From positions 40,486,001 through 40,550,000 of the forward strand of contig NC_043005.1 of the NCBI RefSeq assembly GCF_006345805.1: DNA of 64,000 nt, in the 5' to 3' direction. This DNA is from Octopus sinensis. Its lineage: Eukaryota. This document shows positions 12,078 to 25,959 of the stretch, piece by piece. The translations under genes were made by a program, and so were the position numbers. Below the pieces are notes generated by a model. That model saw only the letters and a program-made list of their open reading frames with translations, made no database searches and was not told the DNA's origin. The first letter of the stretch is position 1. Each line of letters starts with the position of its first letter.

Positions 12078-13048
12078 AATCTTTAGGCTAAATATTGGGG
12101 TCCAATGTATCGTCCGCTAGCGGCATACAAACCAAATCTCACTGCAAACGATATACTGACTTTTAATGTCTTTTCAAACACTGATGTCAGAAACAGCCAG
12201 CAGGTTTGACGTCTGCCGCTGATGTACGTCGAAATTACATGACCTTGCATTTCCGGTAGGTACAAAAATAAATTCTCGTCTGCCAACGATATAAATATGT
12301 GCGCTTTTATACACCTTGCGCTCATGTGAGAGGTTCTCTCAAGGTAAATAACGCAGTATTCTGTGTTCAAACAAAACATCTACTCTATCTTTTGGTGTTA
12401 AAACTACTTCTATCGCCAATAATTATTATTTACGAATAATGTTTATTCAATATAATTTGCCTAATTACAGATGAAATGAACTAAGGGGAATAACACGTAT
12501 GGACTAATGGCATGAATTTGGAAATTAAGCTAAAGGATAATATACTGAAAAGCGTACGCATTCGGTACATCACTCCTTTCTTTTAATTAAATTAGTTGAT
12601 TCACTTACTTCAGTGCAGTCCATCCGGCGTTTTACGTCGGATTGGCAATACCTGAAATTTCAGTTAATTAAGAATTCTTATGCATACGAGAGTATTTTAA
12701 GTATAATGCTGCAGTAAGCAGCAGCAACTTGTACTGGATACCATTATTATAACACAAACCAGATACGTTACTAAGAAACCATCCATTGTTGTTAGTGAGC
12801 GGCTACTGCAAGGCTTGTAACCTGGTGGAATCAAACTCAGAATGAACTTAGTAAAACTCAATTTAAAGCAAACTTCGTATGCAAGGTTCCCATTGGTTCC
12901 CAATGACGGGACCTGTATGTAGTTGTTGGATCTACTAGAAATAGCAGTTAAATCACCAACATAACAACTTCCTTTCGTCTTAAAAAGCGGTAGGAATGGA
13001 GGAGGATAATACAGTCCTAATTATACTATAAAACAAAAAAGACTATAT

Positions 13049-13381
13049 CAGGGGTTCTGAACCATTTTTATCTATGGACCCCTTTGATTACTAACCCCCA
13101 TAACCATTCGATGTTTAAGAACTAGTTAGATAGAAACTTTTTTCAAATTTCCTGTTTTGTTTTTCACACATTTCCTTGTATAGGTTGAACTATGTAAAAT
13201 GTTAGAGAAAGAAACCTAGCTGTTTCTTGCAATACATACCAATACATAAATATAAAGCAAAATTTTTCCTGGGCCCTTAAAATGCTATTGTGGATCTCCA
13301 ATTTACTATTTTGTTGCATGGACCCACAAAAATCTCATGGGGACCCTCAAGGGCCATTTGGACTCCAGTTGAGAACCACTG
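13049..13381. mobile_element. Non-autonomous hAT MITE
   Basis: TIRs CAGGGGTTCTGAAC / GTTGAGAACCACTG. The 8-bp flanks GACTATAT and GGCTATAT match at 7 of 8, as expected for a hAT TSD. The same family occurs at 52864-53163. Confidence 0.85.
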
Positions 13382-15354
13382 GGCTATATGACTACGGCTG
13401 GAATGCTTTTTAATCATAGTTCTACTCAAGTCAAGATAACCTAGAGCTAAACAAGCTCGGTAATAACGAGTGACTGGCAAAAGATCTACGTGTTGATTCT
13501 AACAGTAAATGTCTTATAATATTCTGCCTTAATTACCAATCAACAATGAATCGAAGTTATCGAATGTCACTGAAACTGGATAGAACTAATAAGCGGCGAA
13601 TTGGCAGAGGTGTTAAAGCGTCGGACAGAATACTACGCAGTATTTGTCCTGGATCTGCACTCTGAGTTCTAGGTTCAAAACCCACCGAGGTCAACTTTAC
13701 TTTTCATCCTTTCAGAGCCTATAAAAAGTATCAATCTAAGGTGGTGGTTTAGCGGAAGTGTAAAAACGTCGGGTCGGATGCCTTGTGGTATCTATTTGCT
13801 CCAATTCTTTGCGTTCAGAGTTGAAATCAATCCCACCATGTCTTACTTGGGGGATAGATTTAACCATTAGTGGAATCTACTCTGTTACAAGAATCCAAGA
13901 TAGGCACACGGTTTTGAGAATATTTTCCTCCTTTCTTTCACTAGTCTGATAGTGAGCAGAATACCTTAATCTCTAAGCCACGCACTTTCACAACATATTA
14001 ATAACTTATCCATCACAACAAGAACACTCTTAAATTTGAACTACATGTAGTAGGCGCAAAGATTTTTTTCTTTATAAAACTTCCCGGTTAAAATGACGGA
14101 CATGTTTTCCGTGAATTACTAAAGAGTGAATCACAGAAGAAAAATCAAAACAATTAGGTTATGAATAGTCCCTTACCAAAACAGCCGAAAGTTATTTAGT
14201 AAAAACAAAACTGGAATGTAAACAAACAATATAACCGAGATATGTGGTAATTCCAGAGAATCTCTAAGGATTTATAGCATCATCAGAAGCATTCCATGGC
14301 GAGGGCGAGTAGTTGAAATATTGCAGACCAGAAAATCACCTGGGGGCGTTGAGAGACTTGCTAGTTAGATATTGGTGGGAAAATCTCACAAAGAAAAACT
14401 AATAGCGACCTTGACAAACTATTCGGGTTAGTAATTGCATAAAGAACACAAATAACTAAAAACTGATGAAAAATGTAGGGCTGTTTAATGTGTAAATATC
14501 CCAAACTACAATATTATTAAACTGCTCACTAATTGTTTGAATTTTTGTTTTCAGAACCACTACAAAACACATGTTTGTTAAATAAATGAAGAAAGAAGTG
14601 GGTTAGGAACTCTGATTGATTGCATTTTCTAAGTAAAACTATTTGTTGATATTTAATATGATTGTTACCAGAATATTTTCGCTGATGAGATTTAATAGTA
14701 CTGAAATATATCTACAGTTGCCACCATACTTCCAAAATCAGACCCATTCATCACTACAGTATATTTTAAAAAAATCTTAATACATCTAAAACACCAGGGT
14801 TTGACCCTTTTGTCCTTCTTGACCAGAAAAAGACAACATCATATTTTTTCTTGTCACAATGTATCTAATTTTAAGGAAGCAAAATCTTTTGGCGCGCAAC
14901 ATTATGTTGGTGCCCAAATTGGGAGGCATAGGCTTTTTAAATGTTTGCGTTCTTAGAAAGGCTAAACTGAAATCAGTTAAATAAACGGTGAAAAATATAA
15001 ATAGCGGACTACATATAATTACTGATGTCAACCACAGACAATTCACTGTACCTGTAAAAAAGTAACAACTATATAAATATATTATAGCTTGGTATATTTG
15101 TTGGCATATTGATAGAAGATTATTTAAAAACATCTGCGAGTTTTATTCTCTACATCAGCCTTACTCACGTTGTTGTATTTTAACAAATTAAAGTTACAAT
15201 TAATACCAAAACATAATAAAGTTCATATATGCAGCTGTTTAAAAAGAAAGTCTATCTAATGAGCTAATTAGAACATAAAAAACGGAAAGCCAAAGAATGT
15301 CTAAGCATTTTACAAAGGTCACTATATGTATATGTGAAAAAGAACCTAAAGTAG

Positions 15355-15386
<32 letters not shown>

Positions 15387-15649
15387 TGTATGTATGTATG
15401 TATGTATGTATGTATGTATGTATGTATGTATGTATGTATGTATGTATGTATGTATGTATGTGTTTTCATTGAGTTCCATTTTAAGTTCTTAAGAGAGTTC
15501 AAGACAATACTTTTTGAGTAGAGTTCCCGGTGTTTGTAAATATGTGGTCGAGTTGGTGTGTTAGTTGAGGTGTCGATGCATACACCCAAATATGTGCATC
15601 TTTTCACATAGGAATCTCATCCAACCGAACATGCTTTGGTATTTCTCAG

Positions 15650-16070
15650 AGTAGAAAAATTTCTGTCAGGATCAGATGATGAACACACAGAACAACCGTT
15701 GGCTTGCCGTGTCGCCAAAACATATACCGAGAGTGAGAGTGATAAAAATCAAACATCCAGTCAACATCATGGTGTTTGGAATGATCTCTAGTGACGGCGA
15801 CGTTCTGCCTCCATTTGTTTTCACACACAGCCTCAGACTCAACACAGAGGGGCGCAACTGAGTGAGAGACTAACAAAACTCCTTGTAACACCAAAGATGA
15901 ACTGAAGGCAACTTAAATAAGGAAAACGTCCAGAAGAGTTACAGGAAATCCCGAAGGCGTCTGAAGGCTGCAGTTGAAACCAATGGCAATTTTATTGAAT
16001 AAGTTTACTCTTTAGTATTTTAAGATATTTTTATGTAACTTTGGTAAATATATCTCTTAAAAAGAAGAGT
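15650..16070 (+). mobile_element. Internally deleted mariner/Tc1-superfamily transposon
   Basis: Reads MMNTQNNRWLAVSPKHIPRV..KIKHPVNIMVFGMISSDGDVLPPFVFTHSLRLNTE, then the C-terminal PCNTKDELKA...RRLKAAVETNGNFIE*. Confidence 0.8.
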
Positions 16071-16237
16071 GTATAATTGTGAATAAATCGCAACTATAAC
16101 GGAGGGGGTTGTAAAAACCTCTACATGTTGTCAAAACCGCTATAAAGCCACTATAAACACTCGTACCATAGCTCTTCACAATAAAAGCTGTCGGCGGGCG
16201 ACATAAAATTCAAAATCTAAATAAAAATGAAAGGTTA

Positions 16238-16299
16238 GTCCTCTATTGCAATTTCGAAGATAGGAACCAAAAAGGCTCCACTCTTCTCATCAAGAGAAC
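16238..16299 (-). ncRNA. Minimal type I hammerhead ribozyme, C3U core variant
   Basis: Minus strand: GTTCTC-TTGATGA-GAAGA(21 nt)TCTTC-GAAA-TTGCAAT-A-GAGGAC. This gives a 6-bp helix I, a 5-bp helix II, a palindromic helix III (ATTGCAAT) and an AUA triplet. Confidence 0.75.
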
Positions 16300-16641
16300 A
16301 TTCATGTAGAGAGAAATTAACACAAAAAAAAAAAAAATACTTTGGGGCTTAACATGTGTTCCGACTGGCAAGAATAATGTGTCAACCTCTATCTACACAT
16401 TCAAATTCTGAATTTCAACGTCATGCACAGCGTTTATAAGAAAAGACCAGTAAAACGAGCCACGGAGAAAACCCGGATATGAGTGAAGAATTAAATGATA
16501 AAAGAGGAATGTAAAAATACATTACGCAGGATATATCGTAAACAATTCAAAATTATTCACGAATATATCAGTGGCCAGGTGTGTGTCTGTGTGTGTTTGT
16601 GTGTGTAACTGTGTGTGGGTATTTAAGTATACATATATATA

Positions 16642-17054
16642 TACTCTTTTACTCTTTTACTTGTTTCAGTCGGTTGACTGCGGCCATGCTGGAGCACCGT
16701 CTTTAGTCGAGCAACACGACCCCGGGACTTATTCTTTGTAAGCCCAGTCCTTATTCTATCGCTCTCTTTTGCCGAACCGCTAAGTGACGGGGACGTAAAC
16801 ACACCAGCATCGGTTGTCAAGCAATGCTAGGGGTACAAACACAGACACACAAACATACACGCACACATACATATATATATATACATATATACGACGGGCT
16901 TCTTTCAGTTTCCGTCTACCAAATCCACTCACAAGGCATTGGCCGGCCCGAGGCTATAGTAGAAGACACTTGCCCAAGGTGCTACGCAGCGGGACTGAAC
17001 CCGGAACCATGTGGTTGGTAAGCAAGCTACTTACCACACAGCCACTCCTGCGCC
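16642..17054 (-). mobile_element. SINE family A, full length
   Basis: Reverse complement of the 8578 copy. The head extends to GGCGCAGGAGTGGC. Confidence 0.9.
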
Positions 17055-17616
17055 TATATATGTATATATATATATATATACATGTACATATTTGTATGCA
17101 TAATATATTTTTTTATATATAGCATACACATACGCGCGTACGTACCTACATACATATACGGACATGTATTTATCTATATGCATTCGTATGCATCACCAAT
17201 ACTATAAAATGCGTGTGTTTACATTCTTAGATCAGCCACGGTGAAGTTTTATACTATTTGAATTGATACGGTTATTGTGATTGGCACTATGTTGTGCAAT
17301 AATTGTCCATGTAGGTGTTAGCCCAGTTTGGGACTGCTTTATAAAGGAGCTGACCATTACGCTTGACTTAGGAGGGACATGAAACGGTCCGTCGAGGAAC
17401 TCCACAACACTCTTTTGTTGGGCATAGCAACAGCATAGAAATAATGTGCTTTCTCTTTCTCTGCTTTTCATATGTGTGTGCGTGTTTGTGTGTGTATGTG
17501 TGTGTGTGTATATGAGATTGTATGTGTGAGTATGTACATCTATATGTATATATACATACATACACATGTGTGTGTGTGAAATAATAATAATGATGATGAC
17601 GATAATAATAATAATA

Positions 17617-17668
<52 letters not shown>

Positions 17669-17929
17669 CAATTATGTGCGGAAAGAGACCCTGTGAGACC
17701 TCTGACAACAGGCTGCTGTCCGCTCTCACAGAATCAACCAGAGCAAACAAGACCGAACGCTCTGAGAAGTAAAGCAATAATAATAATAAAATTCCGAAGA
17801 ATGGAAAGCAAAAACGAAGTCGGCTTCTACAGAATGTGAATTTATCATGTAAAGAACGAAATGAAATAATGTAATGCCTTTAGTGCAGCTCTTCACTTTG
17901 TTCAGTGTATTCTAATAATAATTTTCGTG

Positions 17930-18300
17930 GTGAGAGACAATTAAATCTGACTATAACGATCACATGCTATATATGTCATTGAAATTCAATGAAGATAAAC
18001 TTTCGTATATGTTAGTCAAACGGGAATAACATCATGATCAGACGACGGTTATTGATATCAACAGTCGGTCTATTTTCATCGTCCTCAAGGACTACAAGTA
18101 TCTCGGAATTGGATGAGAATGTCACATATGTTAGCCATGTAAATAAAAATAGAAGAAAATGGAATCTAAATGAAAAATGGAAAGATAAAAGAGTACTTCA
18201 GCAAACTCTAGACAGCGATGGCAGTGGAAGGTGTCTTTGAGATCAAGATCACTAGCTACAAAAAATAAGAAGAGAAAACGAAAAACGAAAAGCAACAAGA
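17930..18300 (+). mobile_element. R4/Dong-type RT fragment
   Basis: Frameshifted DYKYLGI-DENVTYVSHVNK, homologous to the 10563-10871 region. It lies next to (TAA)n tracts. Confidence 0.6.
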
Positions 18301-18637
18301 AAATAGTAAAGGAAAAGCTATAGTCATGCAAAAAATTTCTCTCGTTGCATTTCTGTTCTTTGTTTGCTAACGTTCGTGAGTAAACTTGATGAGGAATCGT
18401 ATTGACTTGGTGCATTAGGAATAGCCCTTTTAACCCTACAGCGCCTAAATGGTAGCCTTCTCCCCAAGTTGTAGGGAGGAAAAAATTATATACTTATTTT
18501 CCGGATACGTTCAATATGTTTGATGTACAAAAATTAGACTTTCTTGTATGTATGTATGTATGTATGTATGTATGTATGTATGTATGTATGTGTGCATGTA
18601 TATATGAATGAATAAATATATGTACATGTAAGTATAT

Positions 18638-18689
<52 letters not shown>

Positions 18690-18692
<3 letters not shown>

Positions 18693-18885
18693 GGAGAATT
18701 CACAAAACAAAACAACAAAATACGAAGACAGGTGGTGTAGATAACAAACAAATGTATTAGTACAACGCTCGGGAAGTGAAAAAGTCTTTAACGTTTCGAG
18801 CCTACGCTCTTTCACAGAAAAGAACACAGAAAGAAACAAAGAGAGAAAATAAAGAATGTGTAGTGGCTAGCGATCTATCATGGTG
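18690..18885 (-). mobile_element. Solo Penelope-like pLTR fragment
   Basis: Near-identical in reverse complement to 35880-36062. (TA)n flanks both sides. Confidence 0.8.
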
Positions 18886-18886
18886 A

Positions 18887-18933
<47 letters not shown>

Positions 18934-18989
18934 TACATGCTAGCAGAGATACCCGGCGTTGCTCGGGGTTAAAATGATATAGTTTTTTT

Positions 18990-19195
18990 TATTATTTCAC
19001 TTGTTTCGGTCATGTCACTGCGGTCATGCTGGAGCACCACTTTTAGTCGAAAAAATCGACCCCAAGATTTATTCTTTGTAAGTCTAGTACTTATTCTAGC
19101 GGTGTGTTTTGCCAAAACGGCTAAGTTCCGAGGATGTAAACACAGCACCATCGGTTGGCAAGGATGGTGGGGGTTCAAACACAGACACACACAGA
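18990..19195 (-). mobile_element. SINE family A, 3' half
   Basis: Similar to 8760-8965. Confidence 0.8.
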
Positions 19196-19199
19196 CATA

Positions 19200-19292
<93 letters not shown>

Positions 19293-20391
19293 ACATATAT
19301 AACATATATATGCATAAATATATATACATATATAAATATATATACATATATATAAATATAGATATATATATATATTAATGATTTTTACCCCTTATTATAT
19401 AATATATATATATATATATACACGCACGCACACACACACACACACACACACACAGATGTGTGAATAATTTAACCGCAATCATCAGATATTCTTTGCACGT
19501 AATGATGTGTGTTGTTTCAAAGTACTTGCCCACATAGAATGTCATCTTTTCATTCATGTATGACACGTGCAGAATTTTTGGTAATTTGAAATGACCGCAG
19601 CAAAAAATAAAAACAATCAATCTATACCGTTTTCCAAAAAAAAAAAAAAAAGCAATCTAGCTGCGAAAATCCACTTTAAAAGCCTTTCATCCGTTACCAC
19701 CGAGCCATTTTTAAATGCGTTTCAAACGTGACCACCTTGTCTTTTTTAATCCACAGATATTGTTATTGGCGCTACTCTGCATGAAAAATATACTCTGCAT
19801 GAAATGTTGGAACGTCATAAAAATTTTGAAATTTCGAGGGAATGCAAAATTATTCTCTATTAACGGTTTAACTCGGTGTAAAAATGCTATAAGTAATAGC
19901 ATATAAATATCGAGTTAAAAGCCCTTTGTATAGTGAGGTGTTAAGGCCGCTAGTGGAATTTGAACCTAAAACGTTCGTAAACAAGACAGATGATCTACCA
20001 TTGGACCAAACCAATCCTTCGAAATCCCGGACCATTTTAGAAACTTTATTATTACCAGCGAGAATTGCATGTTGTAACGTTGTAAGAATTTAGAAACTTC
20101 GAGAGCGCGTGAAATAATGTTTATAGATGTGGGTCCGAGTTCCACGAGCAGCCTTCGACTTTTTTCTGTCCCAAAGGGTTTTTAATCTAATATTCACACG
20201 CATTTATTTATAAACGTAGGATGGTCATGGCTGGAATAACTTTGTGAAATTAAAGGTAACCTGGGGCTAAGCAACAATGGTGGTTAGTGACAGTGTCGCA
20301 TATGTTTTAGTGGATGTATGTAGTGCTGTCGTTCAGCATGCTAAAAATAGTAGCCACATCCCTCGTCAATAAAAAATTCCTTGTTGGTATC

Positions 20392-20621
20392 TCTTTCTCT
20401 TTCTCTTTTACTTGTTTCAGTCATTTTGACTGCGGCCATGCTGGAGCACCGCCTTTTAGTCGAGCAAATCGACCCCGGGACTTCTTTGTAAGCCCAGTGC
20501 TTATTCTATCGGTCTCTTTTGCCGAACCGCTAAGTGACGGGGATGTAAACACACCAGCATCGGTTGTCAAGCAATGCTAGGGGGACAAACACAGACACAA
20601 ACACACACACATACATATACA

Positions 20622-20655
<34 letters not shown>

Positions 20656-20820
20656 CATATATACGACAGGCTTCTTTCAGTTTCCGTCTACCAAATCCAC
20701 TCACAAGGCATTGGTCGGCCCGGGGCTATAGCAGAAGACACTTGCCCAAGATGCCACGCACTGGGACTGAACCCGGAACCATGTGGTTGGTTAGCAAGCT
20801 ACTTACCACACAGCCACTCC
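20392..20820 (-). mobile_element. SINE family A, full length
   Basis: Reverse-complement match to the 8578 copy. Confidence 0.9.
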
Positions 20821-21429
20821 TGAAAAATAGACATTATTTTACATAAGACTGAAATATAAAAGATGAATGGTCAATGATTTGTTTTTCTGTGAATTTCAAC
20901 CACAAAATTTGTATTGACGAGGGATGTAGTTGCTATTTCTAGAATGCTAAGTGGCAGCAGTTGATACAAACACATGAACCTGTCACTGGTTTTTATTGTT
21001 CTTTAGCTCCCGGCCAGTTCTGACCACAATGACCCACAACTAAAGGCAATCCATCCATGACTGTTCTGACTTTTATTGTTCAAGTTTGGTGTAACTCTGG
21101 TGCATTATCTGCGATTTAAAAAAAGACGAGCGGGTCACGGTTGGGACGTAGGATGGTCAGGGTTGGAACAATTTTAAAATGAACTTTTTACAGTTGGGAT
21201 GTTTTAAAAAAAATTTTGAGCGATCAAGATTGGGACGCTTTTCAAAGACTTTTTCACATTTATTTTAATTTGTAACGAAAAACATGTGTCGCTTTTAATT
21301 CCTATTTTCTGTCTTTACATGATCCTGTGCAAAAAAGCCTATGTAAGGATGGTATTCTATAAAAGGAAACACTGACAACTTCCGAAAAATGTTGTTCAAA
21401 TATAAATAACGTATAGTCTTCACAACAAT

Positions 21430-21870
21430 ACGGTTCTGGGTTCAGTCTCACTGGGTGGTACCTTGGGCAAGCGTCTTCTACTATGGCCTCGGGCCCACCA
21501 TTGCCTTGCGAGTCGATTTGGTGGATCGAAACTGAAAGAAGCCCGTTGTATATGTGGGTGTGTGAGAGTGTGTGTGTGCTCACGCGTGCATGCGTGTGCG
21601 ATTGAGTGTGTGTATGTGTGTGTGTGTGCGCGCACGCGTGTGTGATTGAGTATGTGTTTTTCTGTCTCTGTATCCCATCACCACTTAACAACCGGTGTTG
21701 GTGTGTTTACGTCCCTGGAATATAGCGGTTTGGCAAGAGAGACCGATAGGATAAGTACTAGGCTTTAAAAAAACATAAAATAAGTCCTGGGGCCGATTCA
21801 TTTCACTATAGATTCTTCAAGGCGGTGCACCAGCATGGCCGCAGCCTATTGACTGAAACAAGTAAAAGAT
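21430..21870 (+). mobile_element. SINE family A, diverged
   Basis: Contains GGTTCTGGGTTCAGTCTCACTG..CCTTGGGCAAG..CTGAAACAAGTAAAAG. Confidence 0.8.
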
Positions 21871-22616
21871 AACCCTTAAAGTTCAAGCAAATTTTCTTTT
21901 TATTATTTTCTTCCCATAGAACGTAAAGCATCCAACATTATTTCACATCCCTAGCTTCATGCAGGACAAAAGTCAGAAACTCATGATATCCCATAAAATT
22001 TCCTTCATTTTTTTAGTCTATGTTAAAAAATCGAAACATTTCCCGCTAACGAATGAAGTAAACTTTACTCCCGATTTTTTTTTTTTTTTTTACAATGTTC
22101 CTATTTTGTTTTGAAATATTTATTTTAGCTAATCAATGGTCATTGATGATAGTACTTTTCGAAGGTGCGATATTTATAATGGACAATCGCGTGCCCGAAG
22201 AGTAAACAATAATTATAATGAAACCCAGTTCTATATTAAGCTGAAAAGCTTCAATGATAAGGATGTAATAAAACCTGTTTTCATAATGCTCATGAAATAG
22301 AGTCCGGATGGCAATGTTTAAATATGACTACACATAATTTTAACGAGAATCACAGCTCAAAATACTCAACAGTAACGCAGAGAAACAGGGCGAGTGATTA
22401 GGAAATAATTTACACACTATCCAACCGGTTGGCACGCAAATGTTTTCATATACTTTAGATTCTAATTATAACCACATGATTTAGTAGGATATATTTTACA
22501 CATTATTACAACAATTAATAAGATTAGGAAGAAAACAGTCATAATTACATGTATCAATGTATGTATGTATGTATGTACGGATGTGAGCATGCAAGCATAT
22601 ATACATACATGCACGC

Positions 22617-22654
<38 letters not shown>

Positions 22655-22739
22655 GCATACATACATCGTACGTATTAAATGATTTCAAAATATCACTATT
22701 TGGTTTGGCTTCCTTATTACAACATAAGTGTGTGTAGGA

Positions 22740-23010
22740 GGGGTGGTGTATGTATGGGCCCCAATAATTACAGGTATAAACCTGAACTTATAATCTTCAT
22801 AGAGTAACTGCAGATTTTTCAATAGTTCATCGTTGGTGCTCTTTTCTTCACAGATCTTCAGTTTTATATTAACATCAGCTGGGCAGCTAATTTCCACAAC
22901 TGTGCACAGTTTCTTGTCCCTATCCCAAATCATTATATCAGATCTGTTGCGCTTACATTTCATTGAAGTCTTCACTGGGACATACCACCAGTACTTCTTT
23001 CGTGGAAGCC
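22740..23010 (-). mobile_element. R4/Dong-type restriction-like endonuclease fragment
   Basis: The ORF reads RNRSDIMIWDRDKKLCTVVEISCPADVNIKLKICEEKSTNDELLKNLQLLYEDYKFRFIPVIIGA, matching the PD..E..K REL motif. Confidence 0.85.
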
Positions 23011-23059
23011 TCCTCGAAAAAATGAAGAAATAGAAAGAAGGTGGGTATCAATGGCTGTC

Positions 23060-23880
23060 CACCGAGGGATCCTAAAAAGTAAACTAAATCAGCGGGAGGG
23101 AAAGGAAATCTCCCAGACAAAACGGAGGAACTCCACCCTCCTGTGGTAAAAATAAGTAAAAAAAAAAAGAAAAGAAGAAAAACGGGACATTGCCGGCGGT
23201 TACTAATACACTGCCGGCATGTTCCGAAGCCCCGTCAGTGGAATTGTGCCACCGACGGTAGAAGCTGTGGCTTCGCCTCATATGGAGGAAGAATTTTTGG
23301 TCTTCTTCCACAAGGGAGGGGCAGTTCAAAAGTTCATTCAAACGCTTGTCAAAGAAGGTCGGAGGGGAGGGGTTCTAACCTGCACTAAGGATCCTGAATG
23401 ATCTCCGCAGGTAGCTGTGGAGGTCATTTGGGAGACAGACTTTTGCAAGGTGATGGACTCCATCCCTGAAGACACGTTTGGCTTCCTGCTGAAGCACCCC
23501 GACCTAGCACCATCGAGGTGCTTGCGTGAGGTATTGAGCCTGGCCGGGTATCAGCAGGCAAGAAAATAATGGGAAAAAAAGGGTTAAGAGGTCTTAGTGC
23601 CTTGCGTTGTAAGGGTGTACAACCCATTTTTGAAAACTGTAAGTGCTTAGTGCCTCATTTTTGAGGACCTTGTGTCCTTACAAACTAAGAGGTTTATAAC
23701 CTCAATTTCTTTTTAAAAATTAATACAAGAACAATGTTTTCGGGAAGTAGCGATCTGCGGGCGTCGTCTGCCTTCCCTCACCAATTTCATTTATTCATTT
23801 TTTTCATTAATTTCATCTTGTTTTTTGTCCAACCCTCAGCTACTTCTATGTACGGCCTTTATGGCCAATTCTATGAAATA
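23060..23880 (+). mobile_element. GC-richer LINE-like remnant, probably Tx1/L1
   Basis: Broken short ORFs. It ends in CGGCCTTTTATGGCCAAT...AATAAA, similar to the 3' ends at ~47390 and ~49790. The family is uncertain. Confidence 0.4.
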
Positions 23881-24021
23881 AAGTAGCTTGCTTACCTACC
23901 ACATGGTTCCGGGTTCAGTCCCACTGCGTGGTACCTTGGGCAAACGTCTTCTACTATAGCCTCGGGCTAACCAAAGCCTTGTTAGTGGATTTGGTAGACG
24001 GAAACTGAGAGAAACTCGTCG

Positions 24022-24119
<98 letters not shown>

Positions 24120-24325
24120 TGTGTGTCTGTGTTTGTCTCCCCACCATCGCTTGACAAACGATGCTGGTGAGTTTACGTCCCCGTAACTTAGCGGTAAGGC
24201 AAAAGTGACCGATAGAATAAGAACTAGGCTTACAAAGAATAAGTCCTTGGGTTGATTTATTCAACTAAAGGCAGTGCTTCAGTATGGCCGCAGTCAAAGG
24301 ACTGAAACAAATAAAAGAATAAAAG
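23881..24325 (+). mobile_element. SINE family A, slightly 5'-truncated, with an expanded (TG)n spacer
   Basis: Direct similarity to the 8578 copy. Confidence 0.9.
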
Positions 24326-24387
24326 AAAGTATGTATGTATATGTACATATATACGTACATACATACATACAGACAGACATATATATG

Positions 24388-24492
<105 letters not shown>

Positions 24493-24926
24493 TGTATATA
24501 TACATACATATATATAGGTGAGTTCAATTAGAGGTTATAAAATCATCTAAGGAATATTTATATCCAATGAATCACTGGTGTATTACTTATATGTACTAAT
24601 GCTCGTAAATGGTAAGGAAAGGAATAAGCCAAAGTTTATCTATATTTAAGAAAAAAATAATAAAATGGAGATAAAATTGATAATTAATAAACCTCAATTA
24701 ATATATATTGATTACAAAAAAAGTCAATATTTCATCTAATGCTCGCGCTATTTTGGGCATAATCAAGCTTAATTATTACAATAATAATAATTATCACTGT
24801 TAATAATTATACCAACTTAAAATGTGGAACTTCATCAAAGCGGACATACCAGTTAAGACAATTATATGTGTGTGTGTGTGCGCGCGTGTGTATGTGTGTG
24901 TATGTATATGCGTGTGTTGTATAAAG

Positions 24927-25011
<85 letters not shown>

Positions 25012-25044
25012 TTTCTCTCAAACACTGTTGTTATTATTATTACC

Positions 25045-25680
25045 TTTGCACAGCTTCTAAAGCTGGAGATGTACTACGGTGTCAGTTGTTCACTACCAGT
25101 AAACTAAGGTAACAATCCTTATTTTTCGAGCACCTTCCGGAGTATTTGAGTAGTTCCAAGCAGTGCTGTTTTCTTCAAGTGCTCCACCCTTATTGCAGCC
25201 CCTATTTGTTCCATGTACTTCTCAAGATGTTTCTCACTGTTCCCAGGGCTCCGACCAATATTGGTACTCCTACCACTTTTTTTATCGACCACAAATGCTT
25301 AACCCAAGCTAACCTTTCATAACTATCGACTTCTCTTTCGTCCTTATCGCATACCTTGTCAGCTGAGCATGCTATATCTATGATCCAGTATAGTTTCCTT
25401 TCTTTCTCAATTAAGACTATGTTTGGCTTCTTTTTTTTCTATCTCATGGTCGCGCTGAATCATAAAATCCCACAGGATCTTTTGCATTATTATTTTCGAT
25501 GATGCCTTCGGGTTAATGGTTGTACTAAATTTTTGCTCTGTCAAGTCCATACTTGTTGCAAAGTGTCCAATGGACAAGCCTTGCTATATTGTGGAGTCTC
25601 TTATATTCCTTCTGGGCTAGTGGCGTACATTGAATGGTAATATGCCATACGGTTTCATCATTTTGTCCACAAATTCTGTT
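25045..25680 (-). mobile_element. R4/Dong-type element 3' end (CCHC tail and REL endonuclease)
   Basis: The minus strand reads CTPLAQKEYKRLHNIARLVHWTLCNKYGL..NAKILWDFMIQRDHEIEKKKPNIVLIEKE..IIDIACSADK..VPILVGALGT. It abuts (TAA)n. Confidence 0.85.
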
Positions 25681-25681
25681 G

Positions 25682-25758
<77 letters not shown>

Positions 25759-25959
25759 GAGTGCCCAGTAGAACTTTTACAAAAAGTTTGCCTCCTTGAA
25801 ACAGCCAGAATAATCAGTGAAGTATTAGATAGGTGAAAAGAACGGATAGCATGGTACGGTAGGCTGCAGGTAGCAAGCCCGCTACGCATGCAAGACTGCA
25901 GGTGTTCCAACAAAGCCTGTGATAAAAAGAAATAATAATAAAAGGGGTTATGCAAAGGT

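Noticed and set aside
14682-14712. CTGATGA..GAAA-TATATC hammerhead-like motif
   Set aside because: Helices I and II do not pair. At best it is a decayed remnant.
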